A stretch of DNA of 64,000 nt. Origin: Ramazzottius varieornatus. Lineage: Eukaryota; Animalia; Tardigrada. A program made the translations under genes and the position numbers. The stretch lies in the NCBI GenBank assembly GCA_001949185.1, contig BDGG01000001.1:8626721-8690720 (forward strand), written 5' to 3'. The notes under the pieces were generated by a model that was not told the origin of the DNA, searched no databases, and was given only the letters and a program-made list of their open reading frames with translations. Positions 1-10,750 of this stretch are shown here, in pieces. Numbering within the stretch: the stretch's first letter is position 1; each line of letters starts with the position of its first letter.

Positions 1-56
1 TCGTATCCTTGTTCACTAGGTCTGTCTAACTGTAAATACACGGTCAAAGGAGATAG

Positions 57-260
57 TCAAGCGCGAGCCTGCACAACCAGGGTTTTTCCATGAAGTCCCA
101 AAAGTAGAGCCGTTATCGCACACAGAGAAAAGCTAGAGAAACGTAAGCGTAGAGCGTTTCTGTAGCTGAAACTAGTCACCATGGCCTTCGTAGTCTTTAC
201 CTCTCCGAGGTGTCCGGCTTCAGTAGCGTCGTGTGCTGCTGTGACAACTGCCTTCCGCAT
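57..260 (-). pseudogene. Integrase N-terminal zinc-binding (H2C2) fragment
   Basis: AAHDATEAGHLGEVKT matches the H-x-GHLG-xx-KT motif. Confidence 0.75.
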
Positions 261-681
261 TGTCCGGTATTCACTGCATCTTGATTACTTCAGTACCCTC
301 GGTACGCTTTCGATGCAGTACTCCATTCACTAAACAAAACTGCTCGCTCATCTTCGTTTCTTTCCGAGTTTTCGCTGGCGTATCGCCACTGATCACGTCA
401 ATCACTTTCTTGAGATACGCATCTCCCTCCTGTCTTTGGCGCATGTCTTCTGGACTCCTTGGGATCTCGTCCTCCAGGTCCAACACTTGCGTCCTTCCAA
501 GGCTTCTTGGAATTCCTTTCGTTTTTGTTTCTCCTTCGGCTCACTTTCGCAGGTTTCTCTTTAGTCACATTCACCCCAAAACCATCATTCACAAATATCA
601 CTCCTGTCCATCCTGACGGCGTCGGATTCCTCTTCCAGACCGGCATGCAGTGCACTTCAGCGGTCTCTTCTTTAGCTTTCG

Positions 682-1410
682 TCACTTCCACTTCCGTTTC
701 TTCACCAGTATCCCGACATTCGCAACTTTCCTGCAGCGAAATTGCGTCGTCGTAGACTCCATAATCTGGCATCTGACACTCCTCATTGTAGTCCCTACTT
801 GCGTCCAAGTAGAAAATGCGCCGAATCGGTCGTCTTCTTCGGAGTTTGGCGGGTCGCCTACCGGATGCCGAGAGATGGCGTCAGCATCGGTATGCAAATT
901 CCCTTTCTTGTACACGAATTTGAAGTCAAAATTGACCATGTCCATGAGCCATTTGTTGATCGGTCTGCTTTCCGTCTCGGTCTCCCTTCCACGCCGTAAC
1001 ATGGATACAAGTGGCATGTGGTCGGTTACGACCGTAAATGGCGTACCTTCCAGAAAACGGCGGAACTTCTGAATGCAGTATAAGATCGCTAAGCATTCCA
1101 GCTCAATTGCACTAAACCGCTTCTCCGCTTTGTTCAACGCTCGACTTTTGCTTCCCACAATCTGTCCCTCCTGTAGAAGTATTCCTCCAATGCCCAATCC
1201 CGAAGCGTCAGTCCGAAGAACACGAGGCTTTGTGGGGTCGAAATGGGTAATCAAACGGTCCGTTGAGATTATATCCTTCAGTTTCAGAAACGCTTGCTCC
1301 TCCGCTTCAGGTCCGCGTTGAGTTTCAACTTCTACTGCAAAGGTGCCGTTAACATTACGAAATTCGGGATGAATGCGCGGTAGAATCCAGCCAATCCTAC
1401 GGAACCCCAT
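682..1410 (-). pseudogene. RT connection and RNase H domain
   Basis: AFLKLK, LRTDASGLGIGGIL, ELECLAI, VVTDHMPL, YKKGNLHTDADAISR. Confidence 0.9.
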
Positions 1411-1430
1411 AAGTCAGCGACTGTCCTGGG

Positions 1431-2126
1431 TCATGGGTACTTCGCGAGTGCACTGATCCTGTCTGGGTCAATCTTGTGTCCTTCTCCGCTAAGAATATGT
1501 CCGAGGTAACGAATTGCACGTTGACCAAAGAAACATTTCTCCGGGTTGATAGTGAGTCCATGTTGGGCGAGTCGCTCGAGAACTTCCTGCATGTTGGCCA
1601 TGTATTCCTCGTACGTCTCCCCGAAGACAATAATATCGTCTATATGCACAAAACACTCCTTCCAGACAAGGCCTTCCAGAGCGTGCATCATAGCCCGCTG
1701 AAACGTGGCTGGTGCATCGCAAAGACCAAACGGCATACGTATGAACTCAAACAGTCTCATGCTGCAGCTGAAAGCAGTTTTCGCTTGGTCGTCAGGATGA
1801 ACCGGTATTTGATAGAAACCATTCGCCAAATCCAGGGTCCCGAAATACTTTGCTTTCCCAATCGAATGCATGATATCGTCGATGATCGGAAGTGGAAAAC
1901 TGTCCTTCACTGTCATGTTATTAAGCTTCTGGTAATTCACACAGAGCCTCAGCTTGTCTGTTCCTTTCTTCGGCACGAGTACTACCGGCGCCGACCATGG
2001 TCTTTTGGATGGTCCGATGACTCCTGTCTTCAACCATTCCTTGATCTGTTTTTCAGTCGCTACCCGCTCTGGGATGCTTTGTCGAAGGTACTTGTAAGAC
2101 TTGCTGGGCTTGCTGTTGGGGAGCAA
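1431..2126 (-). pseudogene. Gypsy reverse transcriptase
   Basis: PWSAPVVLVPKK, LRLCVNYQKLN, LDLANGFYQI, RMPFGL, FVHIDDII (YxDD with Y to H), YLGH. Frameshifted at both ends. Confidence 0.93.
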
Positions 2127-2809
2127 TTCTATGCGGTGGGTGTACGGGGTTCGTTGTAGTGAATTCCTTGCCTGGAACTGGAAAGACTGGATTCTTTTTC
2201 AGAATCTCTCTCAGGTGGTCCTTCTCCTCCTGCGTCAAATGAGGGTGCTTCGTCTCAATTTTCGCCCAAGCTGTGTCGAGAAAATTTTCCCGTAGTTGCT
2301 TGTCCTCTTCACTAATCGCTACGTTATTTGCATAGAGCGCGTTGACACACTGCATTGTAGACATTCTGCGATCCGGGGTCTTTTCAACCTTCTTTTCATT
2401 CACAAGTAGCATCATGAACGGAATTCCGGATGGCAGAACATTCCTAACTTTCGCAGTGTTATAGACAATTACATAGCATTCGTTCTTCTTGACATAGACA
2501 TACTGGTGAGGGACTTTGATTTTGAGGTGTTCCGTCGTCATCTTCCCGGGACTAGCTATGTAAACTCCATCCTTGATGCCTCCGTGTCCGTACCCATTCT
2601 GATTCACGCGTACTTTCAGCTTGAACTTGTTGGAATATCGTAAGGAATATGGTGGCAGGCATCGTCCTCCCGTCTGTAACCATGTGACCTTCCTCCCCCT
2701 GGACTTTTTGTCGTTCCTCATACTGCTTCTCCCAGATCGAAGACACCTTCTCCCAGATCGAAGCAACGGTCCTGGTAAATATCGTCGGCGGTTTCCGGGT
2801 CTCTGAATC

Positions 2810-3250
2810 TCACAGTGTTCTTCGATGGTGTGATACTTCCTCAGTGTTGACCTTCACGACCGATTTTCGCTGCCCATTCGTCCCATATTCCTCTTCGAAA
2901 CATGGCACCCTCACGTTATTCCTTCCAACCAATTCGCCTGTCTTGAAATCCAATAGCAAGTCCTGACCGTTGAGAACATCTGTCCCGATGAGTGGCATCC
3001 CCAACCCATCCATAACGTCGGACCACACAACCCACACGTTGACGTGGTAGTCGCTACCTGCCAGACGAATAACGATTCCTTCCTTCGAAACTGGCACCTG
3101 AGACTTTTTGGTTACTCCATAGATGGCTATGTGTTTAAGTGGGCTTTTGTGGCGAATTTCCAAGTCCTTGGCTGTCCAGTTCGGAATAAGGGTCGTTTCT
3201 GCGCCTGAATCTATCATAACAATGCACTCTTTGCCGTTGATGGCACCACG
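2810..3250 (-). pseudogene. Retroviral-type aspartic protease
   Basis: CIVMIDSGAETTLI active-site motif and LIGTDVL. Confidence 0.85.
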
Positions 3251-3442
3251 GACCCTAGTGTAACCAACACGACTAAAGCAACGGCTCAGATTTACTCATA
3301 TTGGTAGCAACTTCGAAAAACATCAAATATTTCAGGATTATAACTGCTCAGGAGGCCGAGGAAAAAATAGCTACGCTCATAATTTTTAAAACCAGAAGCA
3401 ATGACGGTGTTCATCTCACTAGCGAGTCTCTGATGTGCTTCT

Positions 3443-4837
3443 TCAGGGCAATCTTCTCGTCTTTGTCCATGCTGGCTTCTTGTACCACACCGGATTCAGA
3501 ACTTGTAGGCTCGCTTCCTCCTTCGCTTTTACCCATTGGTCTGCGAACTTTAGCCTTGTTACCGCATTCGGGTAGGGCCCAAGAGGCTCAGTCGGCATTT
3601 GTCCAGGACTATAGGAGACGGGAAACTTTTGATACAGTCTTGGGTTCGGCGGGCGTACTCCAGGTTCCATTCCGTATCCGTACGGAACGCAAGGGCGTAG
3701 TCGTATTCGGAAAATTCTCGTGGCGCGTTGGGTGTGTCCTCACCCCATCTCTCATTCATATCGGCATGTTCCAGCAGTTCTTTCGAGACAAGATCGTCCA
3801 TCGCTAACTTGTGGGTTCGCTGGATCTTGGTCAAGGCTTTGTTCAACCTCTTCTTTTCTTTCCTGTTGGTCGCATGAGCCAATCTATTTTCTAGATCGGT
3901 TCCCATATCATTGTCGGAGGTCTGCACACTACCGACTACCGACTTCGAGGTTGTTGACCATCGTTGGGGGATCTTGACAGACCCTGAATGACGTTGGCTG
4001 GCTACCCGGGCCTTCATCCCGAGAATCCATTCCCTGGCGTAGTCGATCCTCTTGATAGGCTGCTTCTTCGGACTGGTCATCTGCAGTGCTTTGCACCTCT
4101 TTTTGGGGTGGTGTTCTCACTGTCTTTGAGCTTCTTCGTTCCAGAACGGTGACATCTTGCTCCAAGTTGACAGGAAGGCTTGAAGGCAATCCCGGCTCGT
4201 GTGGCTTTTTCGGTCTTGTGGCCGGTTCCTTCCGTCGTGGTAGTTCAATGTGGTTCGCTTCACCAGTGGCTTGGCTTGGGGATCTGGTTCGGCGAGCTTC
4301 GTGGGCAGCTTGGGCGACATTGACCGACGTTAGCCTTTCGTCGTAGACCGGAAACATCTGCACTGGTATATTCCATTGATTCCGGACCAGGTCGTTGATC
4401 GCTTCGTCTAAAGAGACGAAAGTAAATTTGGATGGGTACTGAGACGAAGGCAACTTGACGGCCTGGTCAAACTCCAAGTAGAGCTCAGCTTCCTGCTCGC
4501 TTGATGGGTCGTCTTTGGCTAGATTTTGGTCGAGCTTGCTGCCGTGATAGTTCTTGAGAATTGATTGGTGAGTTGGTGGAGTGATGGCTGTGAAAGGACC
4601 AGGTTTGCATGCTGGATCCTTCCTGGTGTCCTTCTTTGGAGTAATGGGCACCCCAAAAGAGATGCTGGCTTGCGTGACGTCACGCTCCAAGGTAGCAGTC
4701 CATGTATCACGGATGTGTCCGCTTTGCGTAGTGTGATTTGCCTGCATTTCTCGGCCTGCCCACATTCCACAAATGATACCAAACGGATGCGATGAGGAAA
4801 ATCGTCTGTCATATGCCTCATCGCTTCCGTATCGCAT
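3443..4837 (-). pseudogene. Frameshifted ORF1 (gag-position) of the Gypsy element
   Basis: Overlapping minus-strand ORFs 3929-4837, 3559-4080 and 3443-3670 lie directly upstream of the protease. No diagnostic gag motif seen. Confidence 0.45.
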
Positions 4838-5119
4838 GTCCGGGAGGGCATTCAGAATGTTTGGGGGAAGCGGAAGTTTGGGGGAAGCGGAAGTGTCGAC
4901 TGATACTGATTCGCAGTTTTCTTACACGCATCCGCAGTTCGAAAAGTTAGCCTACAGACAATGAGAATCCTACATCGTTTATAATTTTGGATGCTCAATA
5001 GAGAAGAAAAGGGAGGCTAGTTGAACGAACAGCGAGACTTTTCACAAAGGTTCATCATCAGATTCGAAAACTAGGTCTTTGGATTGTACTCCTGAAGTAC
5101 CCTGGCCGGGGTCCATACT

Positions 5120-5579
5120 CTTTCTCATGCTGTACAGCCGTCTGCCAAAGCCGTGACCACTTCGGTACTGGTGACTCTTGCTCGCTCGTTATGCATGGAA
5201 ACCGGATGAAAAGAGTTTATCCAACCTGAGAAGAATCATTGCCATTAGAAATAGAACTTGAACTTGAACGAGCGGTAGACGAAAATCCTCTTACCACGAT
5301 GTCAGTAACGACACCGTTTCCCAGGGCCGCCCGAAGCCCAAATCCACGACCCACGAACAAATCCAGAGCGTTGTGCGTTGGACCAAAGAACAGTAGGGCC
5401 AAATCGACCGCGTCGATTAACGGGTTCCTATGGAGTTCACTCTTGAAGGTTTTGAAACGAGTGCCGCAGACCCACACGTTGCTTCGAGGGAACAGTTCCA
5501 CCTTGCCGAAGCCTCCCGTCTTCAGTGACAGCCTGGTCTTCTCCAGAATTCTACGCTGATTAGAATTCAGCTCGCCCAC
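5120..5579 (-). pseudogene. BEN-domain-like protein exons
   Basis: KVELFPRSNVWV...DAVDLALLFFG...VGRG...ALGNGVVTDIV, then a GTAAG donor and a downstream WIN...EVVTAL segment. Resembles the BEN pattern by eye; frame disrupted. Confidence 0.5.
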
Positions 5580-7203
5580 AAAAACTGAGTTAGTTTTTTG
5601 TACCTAAAGAACTGCAGAAAATTTTCATAAATTTTCTGTGTATGTCTATGTAACCTGTTGAAGTACGAGTCGTCTCGAAAGGGAGAAAGTTTCCGCGGCT
5701 AAACACAGGTCTGGGAGCTGTCTTCGGAGACTGTGCTTGAGTGGGGATCGAAGAACTTGGAATTCCGATTACGGAGTGTAACTCCTGATGGCTGAAGGAG
5801 TTACCTGCAAATGTATGAAGTCGGTCGTATATATGAAGGTGCATTGTACGATAAAGATTTCGAACATACTAGACTGTTTCGGTAGTTTAACTGAAATTTC
5901 TGTGCAGTGACGGTATGGGCCACTTCTTCCTGACCATGGTTTGAGGTAAGATGGCTTGGACCACCAAGACTGCCCTGAACCTCTCCCCTGAGAAGTCGTT
6001 GGAACAGAATCTGTACAGCGTAATTTCATGCTAAATTGAAAGACGGAACAAGAACTTACTTGGTGACAGTCGCTGGTGTTTTCCGGGTACTTCCTTGTTC
6101 CCTGAAAGCAAAAGATCAGATGCGGAAAAAAAAATAATCGAGAACGAAAGCATGTTGTTCTGCTCATCTTGATTGTTATCTGGATAAGGGGTATACCCCG
6201 AAGAGGCTTTGACCAGCTCATGCGGCGATTTTGTCGCATGAGCTAACAGAGTCTTCTGGGTAGCCGATGGAACTGCAACCCAACAGTATAGGATTCATTT
6301 GACAGTACTATGCTGACGAACCTACCAGCAGACATCGACGGCTCTTCGTTGCTGTCAGAGTCCGACAAGGTCCGCCGCCTGAACAGCTTTGAGCCTCTTC
6401 TGCGGTTATCGCTTTCACCTCCTAACAAAACGCACGCGTATTTCGGGCTTTTAATGATTGATTAAAAAAGGGTATTGCTTTATTCTTCAGTTTTAATTTG
6501 CTGATCGAAAAGTGGTCAATTTACCTAGTGTCATCTTCTTGTCTCACTCTCCACAAACAGTCATGGCGCTCGACACTGCAGCTGGCGGTGATGATGCACG
6601 TTGGTCGAGAAATTTCCACGATGCTGCACCAGTCTGATCGTTAACTATTCACATAAATCGATACCAAGGTTCAGTTTAACAAATTGAGATGAATTCAGTT
6701 GGCAGCAGAATCGAATGTCTTACTGGACAGAATTTGTGCATCACCAGGATCGAGAGGAATATACCCCGGAACATGCTGTCTGGTCACCGCAACATCTGAC
6801 AATTTTGAAGGCATCGGGAAAATGTACTATAAAAATTTTCGATGGTCATGAGCGTGAAATCAGCGAGTTACCTTTCATGGCGACAGTGGGCTTGGGCGGA
6901 CAAGATTATCGTCCGAGGTTCAGCGGTTTGTTGTCGAGATCACCTGTTTGATAACAGGAAGTATTGTCACGTAAGCATCAAAGAGGTCGGGAATGCCGAC
7001 AACAGCGCATCAATCAGTGTTTTCAATCAAGGGTGGCAGCGTCGCCTGGAAAACAAATATTTATATTTCCTTACGTTTTACTGGTGAGCCGGTGAATGGA
7101 TGGAAAAGCGAGCATCTGCTTTTCACACTGGGCGAACGCGGCTTCCGAGTATATTCCCTATCCAAAGTCTGAGCCAACTGAAGCTGTGGGGACGCGGACC
7201 GTT

Positions 7204-7887
7204 CTATTTGTTCCACTTCCGCCGACTCGCTAACCCAAGCTTCATCTTCGTCGGCGTGTTGTCCATCAGCAGATTCACGGACCAGCTCCGATAAGAAATC
7301 TCGCTCATTCTGAATTTTGGAAGGTGACAACGAACGGGAGGGTTTATTTGCAGCGATTTTCTGAAAACTACTCGATGAGAAAGCACTAACAGCAGAGATA
7401 GCCGTAAAATATGGGAAGCATTTACCATCGCTTTCCCGGCTTGCTCGTCCAGCGTTTTCTGTAGACCTCCAGCTTCAGTTTTGCCCGCAGTGATGATCAC
7501 GACTTTAGCTTTGCAAGACTGCTGCTTTGCGTCCATCTTTCTCGAGTGACGAACGACTATCTGGTCACCCGTAGCTAGGGGCTCGCCGTAGGAAACGACG
7601 TCGTCCACATCCCATTTCTTCGTTGTCGTGACAGCTTTCATATCCAGTGTCAAAGCCATCTTGTCCGGAAACTGAACCACGACGAAGTCTGACAAGACAA
7701 TAGATAGAATACGGGGCATACCCCTCAAGTCATAATTCTCCAAAACGCAACTGGACAAGATGAACGAACCTTTTTTGTAGATGTTCTCTAGTCGACTCTT
7801 CTCTGGGTTTTCGACTTCTTCCACAACGCTCTTCCGCTTCCGAGTTCGCATTGTTGGACCTGAAAGTACAAATGGTGATCCGAACAC
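7204..7887 (-). CDS. Hypothetical exon, probably an upstream part of the spliced BEN-domain accessory gene
   Basis: 227-aa ORF with an NLS-like TRKRK and protein-like composition, same strand as and upstream of the BEN exons. Confidence 0.4.
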   Translation of the reverse strand: MFGSPFVLSGPTMRTRKRKSVVEEVENPEKSRLENIYKKGSFILSSCVLENYDLRGMPRILSIVLSDFVVVQFPDKMALTLDMKAVTTTKKWDVDDVVSYGEPLATGDQIVVRHSRKMDAKQQSCKAKVVIITAGKTEAGGLQKTLDEQAGKAMVNASHILRLSLLLVLSHRVVFRKSLQINPPVRCHLPKFRMSEISYRSWSVNLLMDNTPTKMKLGLASRRKWNK

Positions 7888-8463
7888 GGTTTCAAGGATG
7901 ATTGAACGTCCAGTTACTCACCGGAAGTCCCTACATCAGATAGCTTCGCCTGCTTCTTCTCGCCTCCCTCGGACTTTTTGCCTCTGGAAGATCCCGGTTT
8001 TGCCATACTTGCAATACGGAACACAGGAAACTTCGTCAAGATGCAGCCTCACCTTTAACTGTAATTAGGATCAGCTCTGAAATTACTCCAGAATAATCGA
8101 GAAAAAAAAGACTAAAATTTTCAAGCACGAAGTACCGCTACCGCTAACGGCTTACAAGGGGTACACCCGATGATCATCCGGACCGGGAAATGCAAAACGT
8201 GTGACAGACCAGGGTACAAATTTCCCGAACACCACATGTGTTTGGATCCAAAACCCAGGTTTTTGGTCAGAAAACTTTCTAGCCAGGGAAAATTTCGCCC
8301 AAAGCAAATGGTCGGTTGAAATTTGGTATTCGGCCTACTGACTACAACAATGTGTGCGCTTACACGTCCTACTGCGCTGCGAAATCTCTAGTCGAAGACC
8401 TCCTTGTTTTCTTCCAGAGTTTGTTTTCTCGTTTGAACTATCAAGATAACTATACCTCATAAC

Positions 8464-9440
8464 ATGGAACGGAAAAGATCACACCGGAAATCCTCTGCGC
8501 ACTGGATCGCTGATACTGAAGGCCGGATCAAGAGTCGAAAACTGCTGCGTTGTCGGGGCCCGGAAGCTGACGTATGAATCAAGCAGCCATTGGTGTTATT
8601 ACGAATACAAATAATATCATTTTTTTAGGTTACCGTCCAGGCACCGGAAGGAAGCGAGTCAGATATTGACAACTCGATATCGTACGTAAATGAAGCCTTC
8701 TTCCAGGCCAACGGACCCGATCCTGTCGATAGCGATAAAGAGACCGATGCGGGAGTGTACTCCACGGATGATGCTTCGGAAGACTCGGAAGAGGGAGACG
8801 AAGACATCGTAAGAGACAAAGAAACCTTTGTTGTGGTTGTTGGTTTCTTGAAAGACATCCAAGGCATGGCGAGAATACATCAGGAGAAGATGCTTCAGCA
8901 CATCAGCAGTCATCACAAAAGACTGCCGAATTTCCCAAGTAACTTGTATTACATGGACAAATTTCTAAGGCCCTACTACCTGACGCCTCTCAAGCACTTA
9001 TTCTGCCTTTAACACGGAAACCACATAGGGCTGGCTAGTCAGAATAATGGAGTGATCTCCTGTAGTTCGGAAGCTTGCGAAATCCTTTTGAGCGGAAGGG
9101 AGACAGGCAGAAAGATAGTTGGCTCATTCCATACGATCAGTGCAAAAGAAACGCTGTGCTCTTACCTTGAGTCCCCTGTAGGCGAAGATGTGTTTCTGAG
9201 TCGAAAGACCGGAGGTCCGGAGGCTGATACATTTGACCTCCAAGACGGCCAGATGTACCAGCAGCTTCAGATTGGGGCAAACGGTATTTATTGTAAAACG
9301 CAAAAACTGTGCACAGTGACGCATCACAATCCATAATATGTGTCTTCTATCGTTTCATCCAGAAACATTCAGGTATTAACGTACAGTAATGCTATAAAGC
9401 AGCGTCTCGATCGGTGAACTTTCCATCCTTTTGGCTGTTA
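8464..9440 (+). pseudogene. Truncated CMC/EnSpm-like transposase
   Basis: ATG at 8464, intron ending at 8628, then FHTISAKETLCSYL, DLQDGQMYQ, NGIYCKTQKL and SRNIQVL. These resemble the YVxIxETL / DxxDGxxY / NPLG..HKL / NIxL motifs of animal CMC-type transposases. Stops and truncation present. Confidence 0.5.
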
Positions 9441-9573
9441 GGAGTATATTCCACAATCACCTGCGAAAGAGCAATTTAGTGCACGGGCCTTCTCGGCTAC
9501 TAATTTTGAGCAGCGGATAAAAAGGTATCCTGGCTGCTGCGGCAAGATTGTTGCGATCTTCGGAGCAGTTTGC

Positions 9574-9690
9574 GAGCTCGGTAAGCCAATTCGACAAGAT
9601 GGTTTCCCCCAAGTGGCGCATGTTGTCAGTTCCAATGGCCGGAAGCGTGCGCCGTTTGAAAATCGGTCTTGTCGAACTGTCTGCCGAGCT
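9574..9690. repeat. ~119-bp palindromic element, single copy
   Basis: GAGCTCGG...TTCGACAAGAT...CAAGTGGCGCA-N27-TGCGCC...TCTTGTCGAA...CCGAGCT. Confidence 0.85.
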
Positions 9691-9759
9691 GACATTTGAA
9701 ACTTATACCACTCTTTTTCCTCTGCCAAGCGGGTAGGAAATGTTAGCCAAGCTTACCTG

Positions 9760-10750
9760 AACACCAAACATGCTCATCAATCCCGCAAGGCCTCCCTTGG
9801 GTCCAGTACTGCTATTAGCTTCAATGGCGCGAGTGTTGTCGCCGGTGGAAGGAGACGCGTTGTCGTGCTTCTTCTGCTTGAGCAGCCCAGCTCCGGCACG
9901 GCGGCACCCACAGCTCTTCTGGCGATAAGTGATTGGAGCAACAGTTTCACATCTTCTACTGTGAGACTAGTATACATCTGACCCTAAAGAAAGCAGCGAA
10001 ACGAATTACCAAGCAAGATTCTTGACAAAGCGTAAACGAGGATTCTTGTCGATATTCCTCACCTCTTTTCGTCGAAAAGATGCACAGTTCAGGATAGTTC
10101 GGCTTGGGTCCTTTCCCGAATGCAGCTTGTGATACAGCTCACCTTCGATATCCAGAGCAACTTCGTCGCAGTTGCTTCGCACTGGAACATCGATCACCGT
10201 CGGCGAACAAGTCGAAGAGGGATCATAAATGCGAGAAGCAAACATAAAGTCCGTAAATTCAGGTAGATTAGCGTTACGGCTGAGCACAGCCGTTTAAATG
10301 TGATGTTGTTGGCTGGCCGTACGATTGGCCTGGCTCTGACTTGGAAATTTTACTTTTTCTTCTCGAACCCCATCATGCAAAGCGCAGTTACTTGATTGAG
10401 CTCTTGAATGGCTGCTTTCACTTCCCCGGGAAAGGCTATTTGCCACAGGGTATGCTTTGCACCGCGCCACAGCGATACGGAAGTCACTGTCAAAATTTTT
10501 TAATTAGGGCTGGTGCCATAATATTGCAGTGGGTGCCTTTGTCCATTGTTCTCTGCTTGCCTGACCGCCGCTTGCAGATCGATATCTTGCTGAACGATCT
10601 CATCTTCTGATGCTGAATTGGGAATTTCTGCTGTAATGTCGAGATCTGCTGACTCGTTGACTACTTGATCGGATGATGAACTCCCTTCCGATGAACTCCC
10701 GGCTTTCCTCATCCCGAATAATTCGGAGATGCATAGTGAGACTTTTCCGT
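9760..10750 (-). pseudogene. Spliced hypothetical gene convergent with the transposase relic (possible second accessory gene)
   Basis: Minus-strand ORF pieces 10500-10712, 10006-10287 and 9777-9977 with GT-AG-like junctions. Confidence 0.3.

Larger units (their letters stand above)
1..4837 (-). mobile_element. Decayed Ty3/Gypsy LTR retrotransposon (ORF1-PR-RT-RH-IN order), running off the left edge
   Basis: Protease, RT, RNase H and integrase zinc-finger motifs occur in Gypsy order on the minus strand, split over many frameshifted ORFs. No LTR identified. Confidence 0.92.

Noticed and set aside
1625-1660. HIDD instead of YxDD as a novel RT active site
   Set aside because: A single T-to-C change in an element with many other lesions; most simply decay.
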